A DNA stretch of 64,000 nucleotides from an uncultured Gammaproteobacteria bacterium (GCA_963714975.1 CAVQQD010000003.1:768001-832000), one strand, 5' to 3'; counted from the stretch's first letter, positions 50,305 to 61,398 are shown. The notes: generated by a model from the sequence alone, not told the origin. A program made the numbers and translations.

Positions 50305-53300
50305 TTAGAAGGAGGCATAGGAAGTAGTGCTGCCTGTTGCCGTTGCGTTATCTCGTTTATTTTCTGCTACCGTTTTCAACACCCGATCAATAGTATTTGA
50401 GAGACGAGGGTGCAGGAAGTAATTAGGTATTTTGGGATGCCGCAAGGCATTGCCCTCTGTTATTGCTTTGGGCAACCATGCGAAAAAATTTCTTGTTTCT
50501 TCAGCCGATACGTTATTGTCACGAAGTGTTTGCTCGAAATTTCCTGTTTTTTTGCTATTGGCTAACGCAGACAGAAAATGATTTGCTAACTGATACGTCA
50601 ACGGCGCATTTTTCTCTAATAATATTCTTTCGCCTTTCATGCTGTGCCACAGCGTAAATATATCTGCTTCATTTATGGGTTGTTCTGAAGTGCAATGATC
50701 CATTAAATTTTTTAATGAGCCATTGCGCTGCAATAACCATGCTAGTGAAAATGGGTCAGGTTCTGTTTGCGAGATATTAACCACTGTATTAATAAATTCA
50801 TTGTATATTACATGCAGGTCGAGTAAATTTAGGTCCTGCAGTAAACTACGCCCATGGATTAAGTTATGCTGTAATGCGTCTAAGTGATCAAGTGATCCTT
50901 GCGAATAATAACGTTTTAATACCTGGGCAGTAAAATACATGCATCCTTGCTCAGCAAACATGCGCAGCGTGGGCGTGATTTTCTTAGTACTGATTGAAGT
51001 AATATCTTCTTCATGTTTTATTGCTGTAATAAAACGCCGGATTGCGGTTAAATTTTCACTAAATTGTGGAAATTTATCTTTGGAATCTTTTGGAAAAAAT
51101 GTCGTCGAGCTGGTAGAGCTACTCCTTCTCCTGATACTAGAGGGAGTTGTTTTAGCATCCATGGGGATGGATGGTGAATAAATTCCTCGTAATTCAGATT
51201 CTATAGAAGCTCTTCTTTTCCTGTTACTATCAGGAGTGCTTCTAGATGCTATCGGGGGAGGGGTAACTGAATAAAGCTTTAAGGAATCGGATTCTGTAGA
51301 CTTTCTTCTAGAAGTAGCTGTAGTTCTTCTTTGTTTTATTTCTTTTCCATCGGTGGACTGCAATGAAAAAGATTTGGTTCGCGGTCTTTCGGTGTGCGAA
51401 CCTGTTAACTTTTTTTTCGAATTTTCATACTTCGGACTTAATGCTTTAAGTTTATCAGATATTGATTTTAACCGTGACTCCACGAAAGAGAAGTTTTTAA
51501 AGCTAATTTCATCTATGGCTTGTTGCTCATTAATCGCTTGTTTTTTTAATGCATCTGCATTTTCAAGAATTTCAGTTGTATCTCGTACAAATGTGCTATA
51601 ATCATCGTAATAACGAGAAGTGCTATACTCGCTTGGCATAAATTCCATTCTACTATCTGAAATTTTTTTTGCTAGAGTAGCATACTCTTGCTCGGTATCT
51701 TCTATTATTTTTATTAAATCATTGATTTTTTCCTGCGGCACGGTTTTTTCCATAGTGTCGATTTTTTCTTTCTGTGAGTCATTCAATGTGGAAGAGGGTG
51801 GTGACAAAGGTGGTTGCACTGAAGTTTGATCTGTATCATCGGATGGAAGAGGTAGTTTCTGTGTTTTGGATTTTCGTTTTGGTGTCGGTTTTTGTTCACT
51901 GGTTCTTATCTCTTGCTGAGGTTTATGTTGTTTAAGGTTGGGCTTATTTTTAGATTTATTTAAAAAACAAAAGTATATAAAAGCGCCTATCCCTGCCACT
52001 ACTGTCAATAGGGAAACGAAAATAAAGGGGTTTTCATTTTTTGAAGTCTGGTGCTCGCTAGTTTCACTACTGTTAGGCTCAATCTGTGGATTTTCATAAC
52101 ACAGAAAGCTTGAATTTCTATGTGTTTCGATATAATTTTCTGTCAAAGGAGTTCTATAGAGATTCACAGATTGGTCGCGTTGTGTTTCAGCATAATTCTT
52201 TAGTAATTCAATCATAGGTAATGCAATCGTAGGAGGACGTCCAGAGAATTGAAGTGTACCAAGCGCTGTTTGGTCTTTCTTATTTTTTTTGTTAATAATA
52301 TATGGGTTTTTTCTTATTATTTTTTTAACAAAATCAACGTTATGAAATAACACTGCCACATGCAAAATAGTATCTCCGTTGTTGTTTTTTACGTTAAGAT
52401 CGATCCTGTCATCAGCTAATATTAATTTAGTGATAGCCATCCTATTAACAGTTTTTACAGCATAAAATAACGCAGTTTCGCCAACATTATCTTGCAAATT
52501 AATGTCCGTTCGAGTATTTCTTAGAATTGATTTTACTATGTTTTTTTGTCCTTTTAAGACAGCAACCATTAGTGCCGTCCGACTCTTTTCATTTTTTAGA
52601 TTAGGGTTGGCACCTTTTCTCAGTATTTTTTTTATAATATCGTGGGAAGCAGAATATATAGCTATATGTAAAAGCGTATTTCCATCCCTATCTTTCTGAT
52701 CTAGGTTAATTCTTTTATCATCTAACAACAAGTTAACAATATCTAAATCTAGATCTAGAGAGTTTAATTTCAAACTTACAAATATAGCAGAGTTATTTTG
52801 GTAGCCAAGGATATTAATGTCGGTATGAGGCTTATTCAGGAGCAGTTCTATTATGCCCCTATGTCTTTTTATAGTAGCATACATGAGCGCCGTAAAACCT
52901 GCGGTATCTTGTAGATTAGGATCCGCGCTTTTTTCCAATAATTTATCCACAATGTTTAAGTAACCATAATTTGCTGCCATCATTAATGCTGTCTCTCCTT
53001 TATTATTTTGTTTATTAATATCAGTGACTTGTTGTTCTAGTAGGTCAAAAGCGATTTTTGGTTTATGATCTTCAAGTGCCTGCATTAAGGGTGTATTTCC
53101 CTTGTTATCTTCTGTTTTCGTTGATTGTTGTTTCGCATCTACTGTAGAAAAGAAGTAAGTATGTGTAGCAATAGCCAATGGTCTAATGCGCTCAGAGGGG
53201 TAAGTAGACAACTTGATGAGTTTGTTTTTTGTACGATAAATTAAGTGATCTAATGCGGCGTTAGTTTTACGCAGTAAGGTTGATTGCCTCACCCAGGTAA

Positions 53301-53664
53301 TACCCAATAGGGGAAGAGAGATAGCTATATTTTTAGGGAAGGGAGACGTAGGGCCATTAATATAATGCTTGATCCCATGTAAGCAATTGATACATAACTC
53401 GGTATCCCAGTAATCCGGTGTACGTGCAATATAATCTTGTAACGCCGTTATTAGATGTTTTACTGCGACATCATCGTTTTTTTCTATCTGGCCGTTACCT
53501 GCTATCGTATAATATTTGGAGAGTTTAGCAGCGACAAATTCAACTAAAGGTTGCACATCTTCGTCGGTTAAATCTTCATCTTCCTGAAAAATAAATTCTT
53601 GTAGGTTGAATTTATCTTGACTGCTTAGTATAAACTTAAAAGTTGCGGGTTCACTATCTTGCAT
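50305..53664 (-). CDS. Ankyrin-repeat protein with one TM helix and S/T/R-rich region (effector-like)
   Basis: About eight ANK repeats (GNTPLM, GETALM, GFTALM, GNTLLH, GDTILH); IFVSLLTVVAGIGAFIYFCF. Confidence 0.9.
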   Translation of the reverse strand: MQDSEPATFKFILSSQDKFNLQEFIFQEDEDLTDEDVQPLVEFVAAKLSKYYTIAGNGQIEKNDDVAVKHLITALQDYIARTPDYWDTELCINCLHGIKHYINGPTSPFPKNIAISLPLLGITWVRQSTLLRKTNAALDHLIYRTKNKLIKLSTYPSERIRPLAIATHTYFFSTVDAKQQSTKTEDNKGNTPLMQALEDHKPKIAFDLLEQQVTDINKQNNKGETALMMAANYGYLNIVDKLLEKSADPNLQDTAGFTALMYATIKRHRGIIELLLNKPHTDINILGYQNNSAIFVSLKLNSLDLDLDIVNLLLDDKRINLDQKDRDGNTLLHIAIYSASHDIIKKILRKGANPNLKNEKSRTALMVAVLKGQKNIVKSILRNTRTDINLQDNVGETALFYAVKTVNRMAITKLILADDRIDLNVKNNNGDTILHVAVLFHNVDFVKKIIRKNPYIINKKNKKDQTALGTLQFSGRPPTIALPMIELLKNYAETQRDQSVNLYRTPLTENYIETHRNSSFLCYENPQIEPNSSETSEHQTSKNENPFIFVSLLTVVAGIGAFIYFCFLNKSKNKPNLKQHKPQQEIRTSEQKPTPKRKSKTQKLPLPSDDTDQTSVQPPLSPPSSTLNDSQKEKIDTMEKTVPQEKINDLIKIIEDTEQEYATLAKKISDSRMEFMPSEYSTSRYYDDYSTFVRDTTEILENADALKKQAINEQQAIDEISFKNFSFVESRLKSISDKLKALSPKYENSKKKLTGSHTERPRTKSFSLQSTDGKEIKQRRTTATSRRKSTESDSLKLYSVTPPPIASRSTPDSNRKRRASIESELRGIYSPSIPMDAKTTPSSIRRRSSSTSSTTFFPKDSKDKFPQFSENLTAIRRFITAIKHEEDITSISTKKITPTLRMFAEQGCMYFTAQVLKRYYSQGSLDHLDALQHNLIHGRSLLQDLNLLDLHVIYNEFINTVVNISQTEPDPFSLAWLLQRNGSLKNLMDHCTSEQPINEADIFTLWHSMKGERILLEKNAPLTYQLANHFLSALANSKKTGNFEQTLRDNNVSAEETRNFFAWLPKAITEGNALRHPKIPNYFLHPRLSNTIDRVLKTVAENKRDNATATGSTTSYASF

Positions 53665-53837
53665 AATCCCTACCTCACAATGGCATCACCAAAAAATCTT
53701 GGTTTTACCCCAAAAAAAGGGGGGGGCATTTTTAATAAACTAATAACAATGAGACTATACTATCATAATGTAAAGCCTGGCAAGGTTTGGAATGATGATG
53801 TATTATACTTGTCCACCCATGTGGCGAGCAGCTAAAC

Positions 53838-55208
53838 ATGACATTAGACATCGTCCTATTTTCACGATTGCAATTCGCCTTCACTATAAGTTTTCATATA
53901 TTATTTCCGGCTTTTAGTATTGGTTTATCCGTATTTATTGCCATTATAGAAGGAATATATCTTAAAACCAAAAATGATCAGTATCTCCAAATAGCTAAAT
54001 TTTGGACCAAGGTATTTGCATTAACTTTTGGAATGGGGGTGGTATCGGGCATTGTTATGGAATTTCAACTGGGTACGAATTGGTCAGGTTTTGTGCACTC
54101 AGTTGGCAGCGTTTTAGGGGCATTATTCACTTACGAGGTGATGACAGCTTTTTTTATTGAAGCAGGTTTTCTAGGCGTCATGCTATTTGGTTGGAATAAG
54201 GTGAGCCCGCGGTTGCATTATTTAGCCACCTTGCTAGTCACAGTGGGCACTACGCTATCTGCTTATTGGATTATGTCAGCCAACACCTGGATGCAGCATC
54301 CAGTCGGCTATGAGATTGTGAATAATATTTTCGAATTGCGCAGCTGGTCTGAGGTAGTATTAAACCCCTTTAATTGGCCGCGATTCATCCACATGTTATT
54401 GGCATCTTATATATCAGCTGGCTTTGTTATTTGCAGTGTGTCTGGCTTTTATTTATTGCAAAAAAGGCATATCGAATTTTCACAAAAATGTTTAAGTTTT
54501 ACCTGGATTGGACTTTGTTTCTTAGTGCCATTGCAGATTTTTGTGGGCGATATCAATGGTCTATTTATAGTAAAATATCAACCGATCAAAACGGCCGCCA
54601 TGGAAGGATTGTGGGAAACGACAGAGGGCGCGCCGTTTTTAATTTTTGCTATTCCTGATCAAAAGCACCAGACTAATCATATGGAATTGAAAATACCCTA
54701 TGCGGCATCATTTATTAATACTCATCATTGGAATGGAAAATTGCTGGGCTTAAAATCTGTCTCGAAAGACGAGCAACCTCAGGTGGGGCAAGTATTTTAT
54801 AGCTTCAGAATCATGGTTTATTTAGGCGTGCTGATGTTAATCCTGTCAGTAATCTCTTTATACTTGCGCTATAAAAAACGGTTATTTGATAGTAAATGGT
54901 TTTTAAAAATTAATGTATTTAGCGCGCCTGCGGGATTTATTGCTTTGTGGTGTGGCTGGATCACTGCAGAAGCAGGCAGGCAACCCTGGATTGTCTATAA
55001 CTTGATCAAAACGGCGGAAGCGGTGTCGAACGTGGCTTTGCATGATGTAATTACTTCATTCGTCTTAATAATAATTGTCTATGGCATCATTTTTGGATTT
55101 TTTTATTTTTACTTCTTACATCAGATGCTTAAAAAAGGACCTGTGGTATCAGAGCCGATTCGGCAACCATTTGAGTATATGTATATTCCAAACCAGGAGA
55201 AAAACTAA
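53838..55208 (+). CDS. cydA: Cytochrome bd (CioA-like) oxidase subunit I
   Basis: RLQFAFTISFHILF, MEFQLGTNW, QPIKTAAMEG, GRQPW. Confidence 0.96.
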   Translation: MTLDIVLFSRLQFAFTISFHILFPAFSIGLSVFIAIIEGIYLKTKNDQYLQIAKFWTKVFALTFGMGVVSGIVMEFQLGTNWSGFVHSVGSVLGALFTYEVMTAFFIEAGFLGVMLFGWNKVSPRLHYLATLLVTVGTTLSAYWIMSANTWMQHPVGYEIVNNIFELRSWSEVVLNPFNWPRFIHMLLASYISAGFVICSVSGFYLLQKRHIEFSQKCLSFTWIGLCFLVPLQIFVGDINGLFIVKYQPIKTAAMEGLWETTEGAPFLIFAIPDQKHQTNHMELKIPYAASFINTHHWNGKLLGLKSVSKDEQPQVGQVFYSFRIMVYLGVLMLILSVISLYLRYKKRLFDSKWFLKINVFSAPAGFIALWCGWITAEAGRQPWIVYNLIKTAEAVSNVALHDVITSFVLIIIVYGIIFGFFYFYFLHQMLKKGPVVSEPIRQPFEYMYIPNQEKN

Positions 55209-55209
55209 T

Positions 55210-56208
55210 ATGCATTGGCTAGCTTCAATATGGGTGGTGATTATTGCCTTTGGAGTTATTATGTATGTCATTCTCGATGGTTTTGACCTGGGCATCGGCA
55301 TCCTCTCGATTTTTTTTAAAGACGAGCATGAAAGAGATCTTATGATCAGCACCATTTTACCAGTATGGGATGGCAATGGGACCTGGCTGGTTTTTGGTGG
55401 GGCTGCACTCTATGGCGCTTTTCCCTTAGCTTTTAGCGTAATCTTACCGGCCATTTACATGCCGATTTTAATTATGGTGCTGTCTTTACTATTCAGAGGC
55501 GTAGCGCTTGAATTTCGCTTTAAAGCAATTAAAAGTAAAGTTTTCTGGGACATGTGTTTTTTTTCGGGTTCCATGGTCGCTACGATTAGTCAGGGTTTGA
55601 TATTGGGGACATTTGTGAGGGGTTTTTCACTGATCCCTGAGCAAACAGTGCTTGGCTATGAACAGTGGATCAATCCCTTTGGTATCGCTTGTGCCATTGC
55701 CCTGGTTTTTGGCTATGTTCTGCTGGGTTCAAACCGCTTGATCGGAAAAACGACTGGAGCAATACAGCAAAAAACCTTTGCCATTTCCGCTAAAACACAA
55801 TACATCATTATTTTTTCTGTCATTTTGGTCAGCCTCTGGTCCCCCTTCCTTGATGCTGCTATCAGGTCTCGATGGTTTAACCCGCAGCATATGTTTTACC
55901 TTGCCCTGTTACCTTTCTTAGCTGCCTTATTCCTGTTTATGCACTGGCGTGCCATCAAGAAAAAACATGAGTATTTACCTTTTTGGTCTCTTATTGGAGT
56001 TTTTATTACCTGTTATATCGGATTCATTATTAGCAGCTATCCGTACATTGTACCTAGACACATCACCTATATCGAAGCGGCTGCAAATGATACTACGTTA
56101 ACCGTCATGATGATTGGTGCGGCGATCATGTTGCCCGCTTTGCTTTTCTATACCTATTATTCATATCGGATTTTTCGTGGAAAAGTCACTGATAAATTGG
56201 GATATTAA
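55210..56208 (+). CDS. cydB: Cytochrome bd oxidase subunit II (start at MHWLAS)
   Basis: YVILDGFDLG, PVWDGNGTW, RGVALEFR, FRGKV. Confidence 0.95.
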   Translation: MHWLASIWVVIIAFGVIMYVILDGFDLGIGILSIFFKDEHERDLMISTILPVWDGNGTWLVFGGAALYGAFPLAFSVILPAIYMPILIMVLSLLFRGVALEFRFKAIKSKVFWDMCFFSGSMVATISQGLILGTFVRGFSLIPEQTVLGYEQWINPFGIACAIALVFGYVLLGSNRLIGKTTGAIQQKTFAISAKTQYIIIFSVILVSLWSPFLDAAIRSRWFNPQHMFYLALLPFLAALFLFMHWRAIKKKHEYLPFWSLIGVFITCYIGFIISSYPYIVPRHITYIEAAANDTTLTVMMIGAAIMLPALLFYTYYSYRIFRGKVTDKLGY

Positions 56209-56330
56209 TGTTACTGTTCATGAAACGTAAAAATTATTTATTGTGGTTTATTGGCTTGTACTTAGGATCTTTATTGGCCTTTGGTGTTTTAATGGGCATT
56301 TTAAAATTAGTCCTATTAGCAATCAGTTAA
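56208..56330 (+). CDS. 40-aa single-TM protein, probable small bd-oxidase subunit (DUF2474-like)
   Basis: TAATG overlap with the cydB stop; MLLFMKRKNYLLWFIGLYLGSLLAFGVLMGILKLVLLAIS. Confidence 0.7.
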   Translation: MLLFMKRKNYLLWFIGLYLGSLLAFGVLMGILKLVLLAIS

Positions 56331-56335
56331 GAATT

Positions 56336-57202
56336 TCAGTAGCCCCTACTACCCCTGCTCATGGTTAATGGCAGATTTTGCTGAGCTTCGTCTTGGAAAT
56401 CGCAAAGGAATTTTTTATGTTGCCAAAAACCACCAGCCGCAAAGACAAGACCAAGCGTAATTAATCCACATGCAATAGCAACACCAAGTTGAAGATGAGG
56501 CAACACAGTTGAAGTCATACTCCATTCACGTTGATCACACAGGGTAGGTACAAGCACCGTGACCCCTCCAACAATTAACTGTATAGATACGACCATAGAC
56601 AGAAAACATAAGACTTGCCGACGGTCATAATCTCTTTCGCTTGCAAAGCTATAGATGAGCCCATTATATTTGGGCAATGCTTTTTTAAGGGGTTTAATAT
56701 CCGTATTAATAAATGTTAAAAGGTAAAAAAACTTATCATCATCTTTAGGTTGAACAAACTTAAGATCAGTTACTTGTGCACTTTCGAAATCTGAATCAAT
56801 AAAAATACTTGGATTATTAAAGGTGCAATTTTTTAAATTAGAGTACTTAAATTTTGCACAAAATAGAGATACAGTTTGGGGTAGCCTTATTGTGGCATTT
56901 TCTAAGTTTGCCTGCGAAAAATTTGCAACTATTTTACTGTCCCCATAACGAAAGGAAAAGCTTATATCGCAGCCACTTAAATCAGAGCCAGAAAAATCAA
57001 AACGAGGAAGAAGATTTTCGTGTTCGTTTTCAAAGGTTTTATATGGATATTTACGGATACCTCGGCCCGTTTTCTTATAGAAGCGGAGTATGTAGTTGCT
57101 ACTAGGCCAAGATTGATATTCAAAGCAAATATCGTATTGTTTCAGATTTAAATTCGCAAAATTAAAAGTAAATTCATTTCTAGCCTTCTTATAATCTTTC
57201 AT
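56336..57202 (-). CDS. Pentapeptide-repeat protein with two C-terminal TM helices; the 57199-57384 ORF may be its frameshifted N-terminus
   Basis: FDFSGSDLSG, ANFSQANLENA, AKFKYSNLKN. Confidence 0.7.
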   Translation of the reverse strand: MKDYKKARNEFTFNFANLNLKQYDICFEYQSWPSSNYILRFYKKTGRGIRKYPYKTFENEHENLLPRFDFSGSDLSGCDISFSFRYGDSKIVANFSQANLENATIRLPQTVSLFCAKFKYSNLKNCTFNNPSIFIDSDFESAQVTDLKFVQPKDDDKFFYLLTFINTDIKPLKKALPKYNGLIYSFASERDYDRRQVLCFLSMVVSIQLIVGGVTVLVPTLCDQREWSMTSTVLPHLQLGVAIACGLITLGLVFAAGGFWQHKKFLCDFQDEAQQNLPLTMSRGSRGY

Positions 57203-57508
57203 GACCTTATCAAAATATTGGTCTGTAGGTGCAGCAGGGAGGGGGGAAGCTCAATATATTCGATTAGTATATTTTTGATAAGATCTTGAATCAATATAGG
57301 GCCTAGAGTCTTTTCAAGCTCAGAAACTATACCCTCTTTTGGAGTCCAAACGGATTTTTCTTTTTCATTACCTTTGGTTATCATAGCTATCTTACAAGTC
57401 TTGCGCGCGAGGCATAGGCTTGTGGGATTATACTAGCTTGTTTAGGACTTTACAACCCCATGGCATTGGTCTTGGTCGTGGGGATTGGTATAGTTTGTGT
57501 TATGCATG

Positions 57509-58504
57509 CTATGCAGAAATTAATCCCACCGCTTGGAAAACTTGTTTCACCATTTTATTGGCTCGTTCATTGGCGGCAATAGCCCCCTGTTGAAGAATAG
57601 TATGCAAAATCATTTCATCAGCGCGTAATTCGTGGTATTGGCGTTGGATCGGTTCTAATAGGCTAATCAACTGCTCCGCTAAATCACCTTTAAATTTTCC
57701 GTAGCCGCTGCCTTGATAAGTTTGTTCTAATTCTGCAATGCTTTTTCCAGAAGTGGCGGAGAATAAACTGAGTAAATTGGATATGCCTGGTTTATTCGCA
57801 CTATCAAAACGCACTTCGTTACCTGAGTCGGTCACTGAACGTTTCAGTTTGTTGCGAATCAGGTCGGGCGGGTCGAGTAGGGCCAAGTAATTATGTTCAT
57901 TAGGGTCTGATTTGGACATCTTTTGTTGTGGTTCTTGCAAGCTCATGATTCGTGCCCCTTGCTCTAAAATGTAGGGGGTGGGGATGGTGAAAATTTCCCC
58001 GTAATAATGGTTAAAGCGCATCGCAAGGTCACGGGTTAACTCTAAATGTTGTTTTTGATCTTCGCCGACCGGCACTTGATCTGCGTTGTAGATTAAAATG
58101 TCGGCTGCCATCAAAATGGGGTAGCTAAATAAGCCACAATTGATATTGCTGGCATAGCGTTGGGATTTATCCTTGAATTGGGTCATACGATTGAGCTCAC
58201 CCATATGAGTAAAGCAATTCAAAATCCAAGCTAATTGGGTGTGGCCAGGGACATGGGATTGGGCAAACAGGGTATTTTTGTGTGGATCAATGCCGCAAGC
58301 GATATAAAGCGCGAGCATGTCATAGCAACGGCTGCTTAACGCTTTGGGGTCTTGTTTCACGGTTAAGGTGTGCAGATCAGCTAACATGAATAGGCAATCG
58401 TATTCTGTTTGCAGCTGGGCCCAGTTTTGAATGGCGCCAAGATAGTGCCCAATCGTCAGGTGTCCTGAGGGCTGGATGCCACTTAGTACGATTTTTTTTG
58501 CCAT
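57509..58504 (-). CDS. trpS: Tryptophan--tRNA ligase
   Basis: SGIQPSG.LTIGH, YPILMAADIL, GEDQKQH, KMSKS. Confidence 0.97.
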   Translation of the reverse strand: MAKKIVLSGIQPSGHLTIGHYLGAIQNWAQLQTEYDCLFMLADLHTLTVKQDPKALSSRCYDMLALYIACGIDPHKNTLFAQSHVPGHTQLAWILNCFTHMGELNRMTQFKDKSQRYASNINCGLFSYPILMAADILIYNADQVPVGEDQKQHLELTRDLAMRFNHYYGEIFTIPTPYILEQGARIMSLQEPQQKMSKSDPNEHNYLALLDPPDLIRNKLKRSVTDSGNEVRFDSANKPGISNLLSLFSATSGKSIAELEQTYQGSGYGKFKGDLAEQLISLLEPIQRQYHELRADEMILHTILQQGAIAANERANKMVKQVFQAVGLISA

Positions 58505-58712
58505 TTATCCCTGCCTTAATATAAAGCTTCGTAGTATACGCATTGTCGTTAGGGTGTCAAAACTATTTGCTAATGTGGGTTATCTTAACGTTATCTTAAA
58601 AATTTGTTTAAAAACTAATGCAAGCATGGTAAACTAGCTCCGCTTCTGAAGCCTCGGGAGTTTTAGGGACGACGTCCCTTAATTAGCAATAACTAATATG
58701 GAGATTTTTCAG

Positions 58713-59147
58713 ATGGTAAAAATTAATTTTGGTAGGATCCTTAAAGGTGCCTTGATTGTTTCTGGTGTGGCTTTATGCTGCAATGTTCAAGTGGCTAGCG
58801 CCGACATGATGTCAAGTGACCAAAAAGCAGCTTTGATGCAAGAAGCCCAGCAGAAATGGGATAGCTTATCGGACGAACAGAAGCAAGTCATCAGGCAGCG
58901 GTTAGTTGAAAGATGGAAAAATATGTCACCCGAGCAAAAAACAGCTATGAAAGAGCGGCTGCGTAATGTGTGGGAGAATATGACCCCTGAAGAACGTAAA
59001 ACCGTACGTGAAAAAATGCACGCCAAATACGAGAGTCTAACCCCTGAAGAAAAGCAGAAAGTTGATGAGAAGTTCAAAGCCGAGTGGGATGCATTATCAC
59101 CTGCTGAGCGTGAAAAAGTGTTAGCAATGGAAGGCAACAAGCAGTAA
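58713..59147 (+). CDS. Secreted helical-repeat protein (DUF3106-like)
   Basis: Signal peptide followed by W..[LM][ST]PE[EQ][KR] repeats. Confidence 0.7.
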   Translation: MVKINFGRILKGALIVSGVALCCNVQVASADMMSSDQKAALMQEAQQKWDSLSDEQKQVIRQRLVERWKNMSPEQKTAMKERLRNVWENMTPEERKTVREKMHAKYESLTPEEKQKVDEKFKAEWDALSPAEREKVLAMEGNKQ

Positions 59148-59159
59148 TAAAGGAGGATG

Positions 59160-59274
59160 ATATGCACATGAAACTTGTGTCATCCCGAGCAACGGCGAGG
59201 GATTCTCTTGCAACTGGCATGGAGATTCCTCGTCACAAGCTCCTCGGGATGACGGATATGTGTCATGTGCATAT
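59160..59274. repeat. Palindromic element nested inside an outer inverted repeat
   Basis: Inner gtcatcccgag...ctcgggatgac; outer atatgcacatga...tcatgtgcatat. Confidence 0.8.
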
Positions 59275-59373
59275 TCCTTAATGTTGACCTAACAAGAATA
59301 ATATGTAATTCTGTGCGCTTGGATATGGCTTATAAGTAAGGAATTGTAAATTATTATAATATTGAGGTGAATT

Positions 59374-59517
59374 ATGAGTGTGAAGATAGTAGCTGTTGTA
59401 GCAGCCAGTGCTTTATTTGTAACCAGTGCTTTTGCCTGTCCTTTTCTGAGTATATTTTCCAAAAAACCAGCTCCAAGTCCTGATAGGGAAGCTCAATATA
59501 CTGCAGTTCAAAGTTAA
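59374..59517 (+). CDS. 47-aa putative exported small protein (not in the ORF track)
   Basis: GAGGTG RBS; MSVKIVAVVAASALFVTSAFA-CPFLSIFSKKPAPSPDREAQYTAVQS. Confidence 0.55.
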   Translation: MSVKIVAVVAASALFVTSAFACPFLSIFSKKPAPSPDREAQYTAVQS

Positions 59518-59619
59518 TTAAGTTAATTTATGAGGTGGGAATAAGGTAGTGTGCACATTGTACGCTACCCTATTTTTTTTAAATTAATGGTACGTTAATG
59601 AACATTTTTTGCCAGCCTC

Positions 59620-61398
59620 ATGACAGCGCCTAAAACCCTAACCAGTGCCTTCCATCTCTACAAACGTCTCTTGGCCGCAGTAAAGCCCTATATTTTGGTT
59701 TTTATTCTCGGCATTACTTGCACGGCTTCAGCTTCTGGAATTGATGCCGGTCTGGCTTGGCTGATTAAACCTATCATAGATAATGGTTTGACGGACCGGA
59801 ATTCGCAATTTTTGCGGATACTGCCGTTGGCCATTGTGGGAATATTTCTGGTACGGGGAATAGCCGTCTTTTTCTCGAGTTATTGTGTGGCTAAAGTGGG
59901 ACGCAGTGTGGTCATGGATTTTAGACAAAAAATATTTACGCATATGCTGCACTTACCGGCCAGCTTTTATGATCGGGAATCTTCAGGCCAGTTGCTTTCT
60001 CGCTTGATTTATAATGTGGAACAGGTGGCGGGAGCGACTACCAATGCCTTACTGATCATTGTGCAAGAGTCGGTATTGGCCATTGGTTTAGTGGTAGTTA
60101 TGTTCTTATTAAGCTGGCAATTGACGCTGTTATTTATGATTGTATTTCCGCTGATTGCCTGGTTTGTGCGTTATACTAGCCGTCGTTTGCGTAAGCTCAG
60201 CACGCATGTCCAAAAAACCATGGGTCAACTCTCCCATATTGCGGAAGAAAGCATTGAAGGCTATCGAGTGATCCGCATTTTTGGTGGTGAGAGCTATGAG
60301 CAGCAAAAATTTACCGCGGCGACCCGAGATAATCGTCGGCGTGAAATGAAGATCGTAGCCACTAATGCGATTGGTTCGGCTGTGACACAAATTATTATTT
60401 CATTTTCAATCGCCATGATTTTAGTCATCGCGACCTTACCTTCAATATCGGTTTCTGCCGGTAGTTTTGCGGCCTTAGTGGCTTCTATGTTTACTTTATT
60501 ACGTCCCTTGCGGCGCATTAATCAAGTGAACAATCTTTTGCAGAAAGGTTTGGCCGGTGCGCAAAGTATTTTTGAGCTACTTGATGTGGTCCCAGAAAAA
60601 GATACTGGACCTTTAATTTTGACTCGTGCCAAGGGAAATATTGAGTATCGTCACGTCAACTTTTCATATCCCTCTACCCAAAAGAAGGTTTTGAGCGATG
60701 TTTCTTTTCGTATTGAACCTGGTGAGACCATAGCTTTAGTAGGTAAATCGGGGAGTGGGAAGTCCACCTTGGTAAGCCTCCTGCCACGATTTTATGAATT
60801 ACAGCAAGGCTATATTTTTCTAGATGGGCATGATATTCGCGAGTATCGCCTTGCTGATTTGCGCAATCAATTTGCCTTGGTGACCCAAAATATTACCTTA
60901 TTTAATGACACCATTGCTCGTAACATTAGTTATGGGCGGCTCAGTCAGGCCAGTGAAGCTGATATTATTCGAGCAGCGGAAGCAGCCCATGCCATGGAGT
61001 TTATTCGAGAGTTCCCTGAAGGGCTTGATACCTTGATAGGCGAGAACGGCGTATTGCTTTCTGGGGGCCAACGTCAGCGTATTGCCATTGCCAGGGCTAT
61101 ATTAAAAGAAGCGCCCATCTTAATTTTGGATGAGGCGACTTCAGCATTGGATACAGAGTCCGAACGTCATATCCAAATTGCTTTTGAAAGCTTAATACGC
61201 AATCGCACGACTCTGGTCATTGCTCATCGCTTATCGACTATAGAAAATGCTGATCGGATTTTGGTGGTGGAGAAGGGTTGCATTATCGAAGCTGGCTCTC
61301 ATGCCGAGCTATTGGTACAAAACGGGCATTATGCGCGATTACATGCTTTACAGTTTAAAGAGCCTGCCCAACATGTTGATTCTGAAGTTGTGGTATAA
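59620..61398 (+). CDS. msbA: Lipid A export ABC transporter
   Basis: TMD plus GKSGSGKS, LSGGQRQR, LDEATSALD; upstream of lpxK. Confidence 0.95.
   Translation: MTAPKTLTSAFHLYKRLLAAVKPYILVFILGITCTASASGIDAGLAWLIKPIIDNGLTDRNSQFLRILPLAIVGIFLVRGIAVFFSSYCVAKVGRSVVMDFRQKIFTHMLHLPASFYDRESSGQLLSRLIYNVEQVAGATTNALLIIVQESVLAIGLVVVMFLLSWQLTLLFMIVFPLIAWFVRYTSRRLRKLSTHVQKTMGQLSHIAEESIEGYRVIRIFGGESYEQQKFTAATRDNRRREMKIVATNAIGSAVTQIIISFSIAMILVIATLPSISVSAGSFAALVASMFTLLRPLRRINQVNNLLQKGLAGAQSIFELLDVVPEKDTGPLILTRAKGNIEYRHVNFSYPSTQKKVLSDVSFRIEPGETIALVGKSGSGKSTLVSLLPRFYELQQGYIFLDGHDIREYRLADLRNQFALVTQNITLFNDTIARNISYGRLSQASEADIIRAAEAAHAMEFIREFPEGLDTLIGENGVLLSGGQRQRIAIARAILKEAPILILDEATSALDTESERHIQIAFESLIRNRTTLVIAHRLSTIENADRILVVEKGCIIEAGSHAELLVQNGHYARLHALQFKEPAQHVDSEVVV

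Larger units (their letters stand above)
17597..53664. mobile_element. Composite accessory region or decayed genomic island(s) downstream of tRNA-Asn; right boundary uncertain
   Basis: No housekeeping genes; two tyrosine recombinases (one a remnant), IS4 remnant, TA pair, effector-like genes, composition shifts; no attR copy found. Confidence 0.5.

Noticed and set aside
61247-61372. Extended N-termini given by the ORF track for lpxK (also cydB and the hybrid kinase)
   Set aside because: Downstream starts fit family N-termini and RBS better and avoid long overlaps
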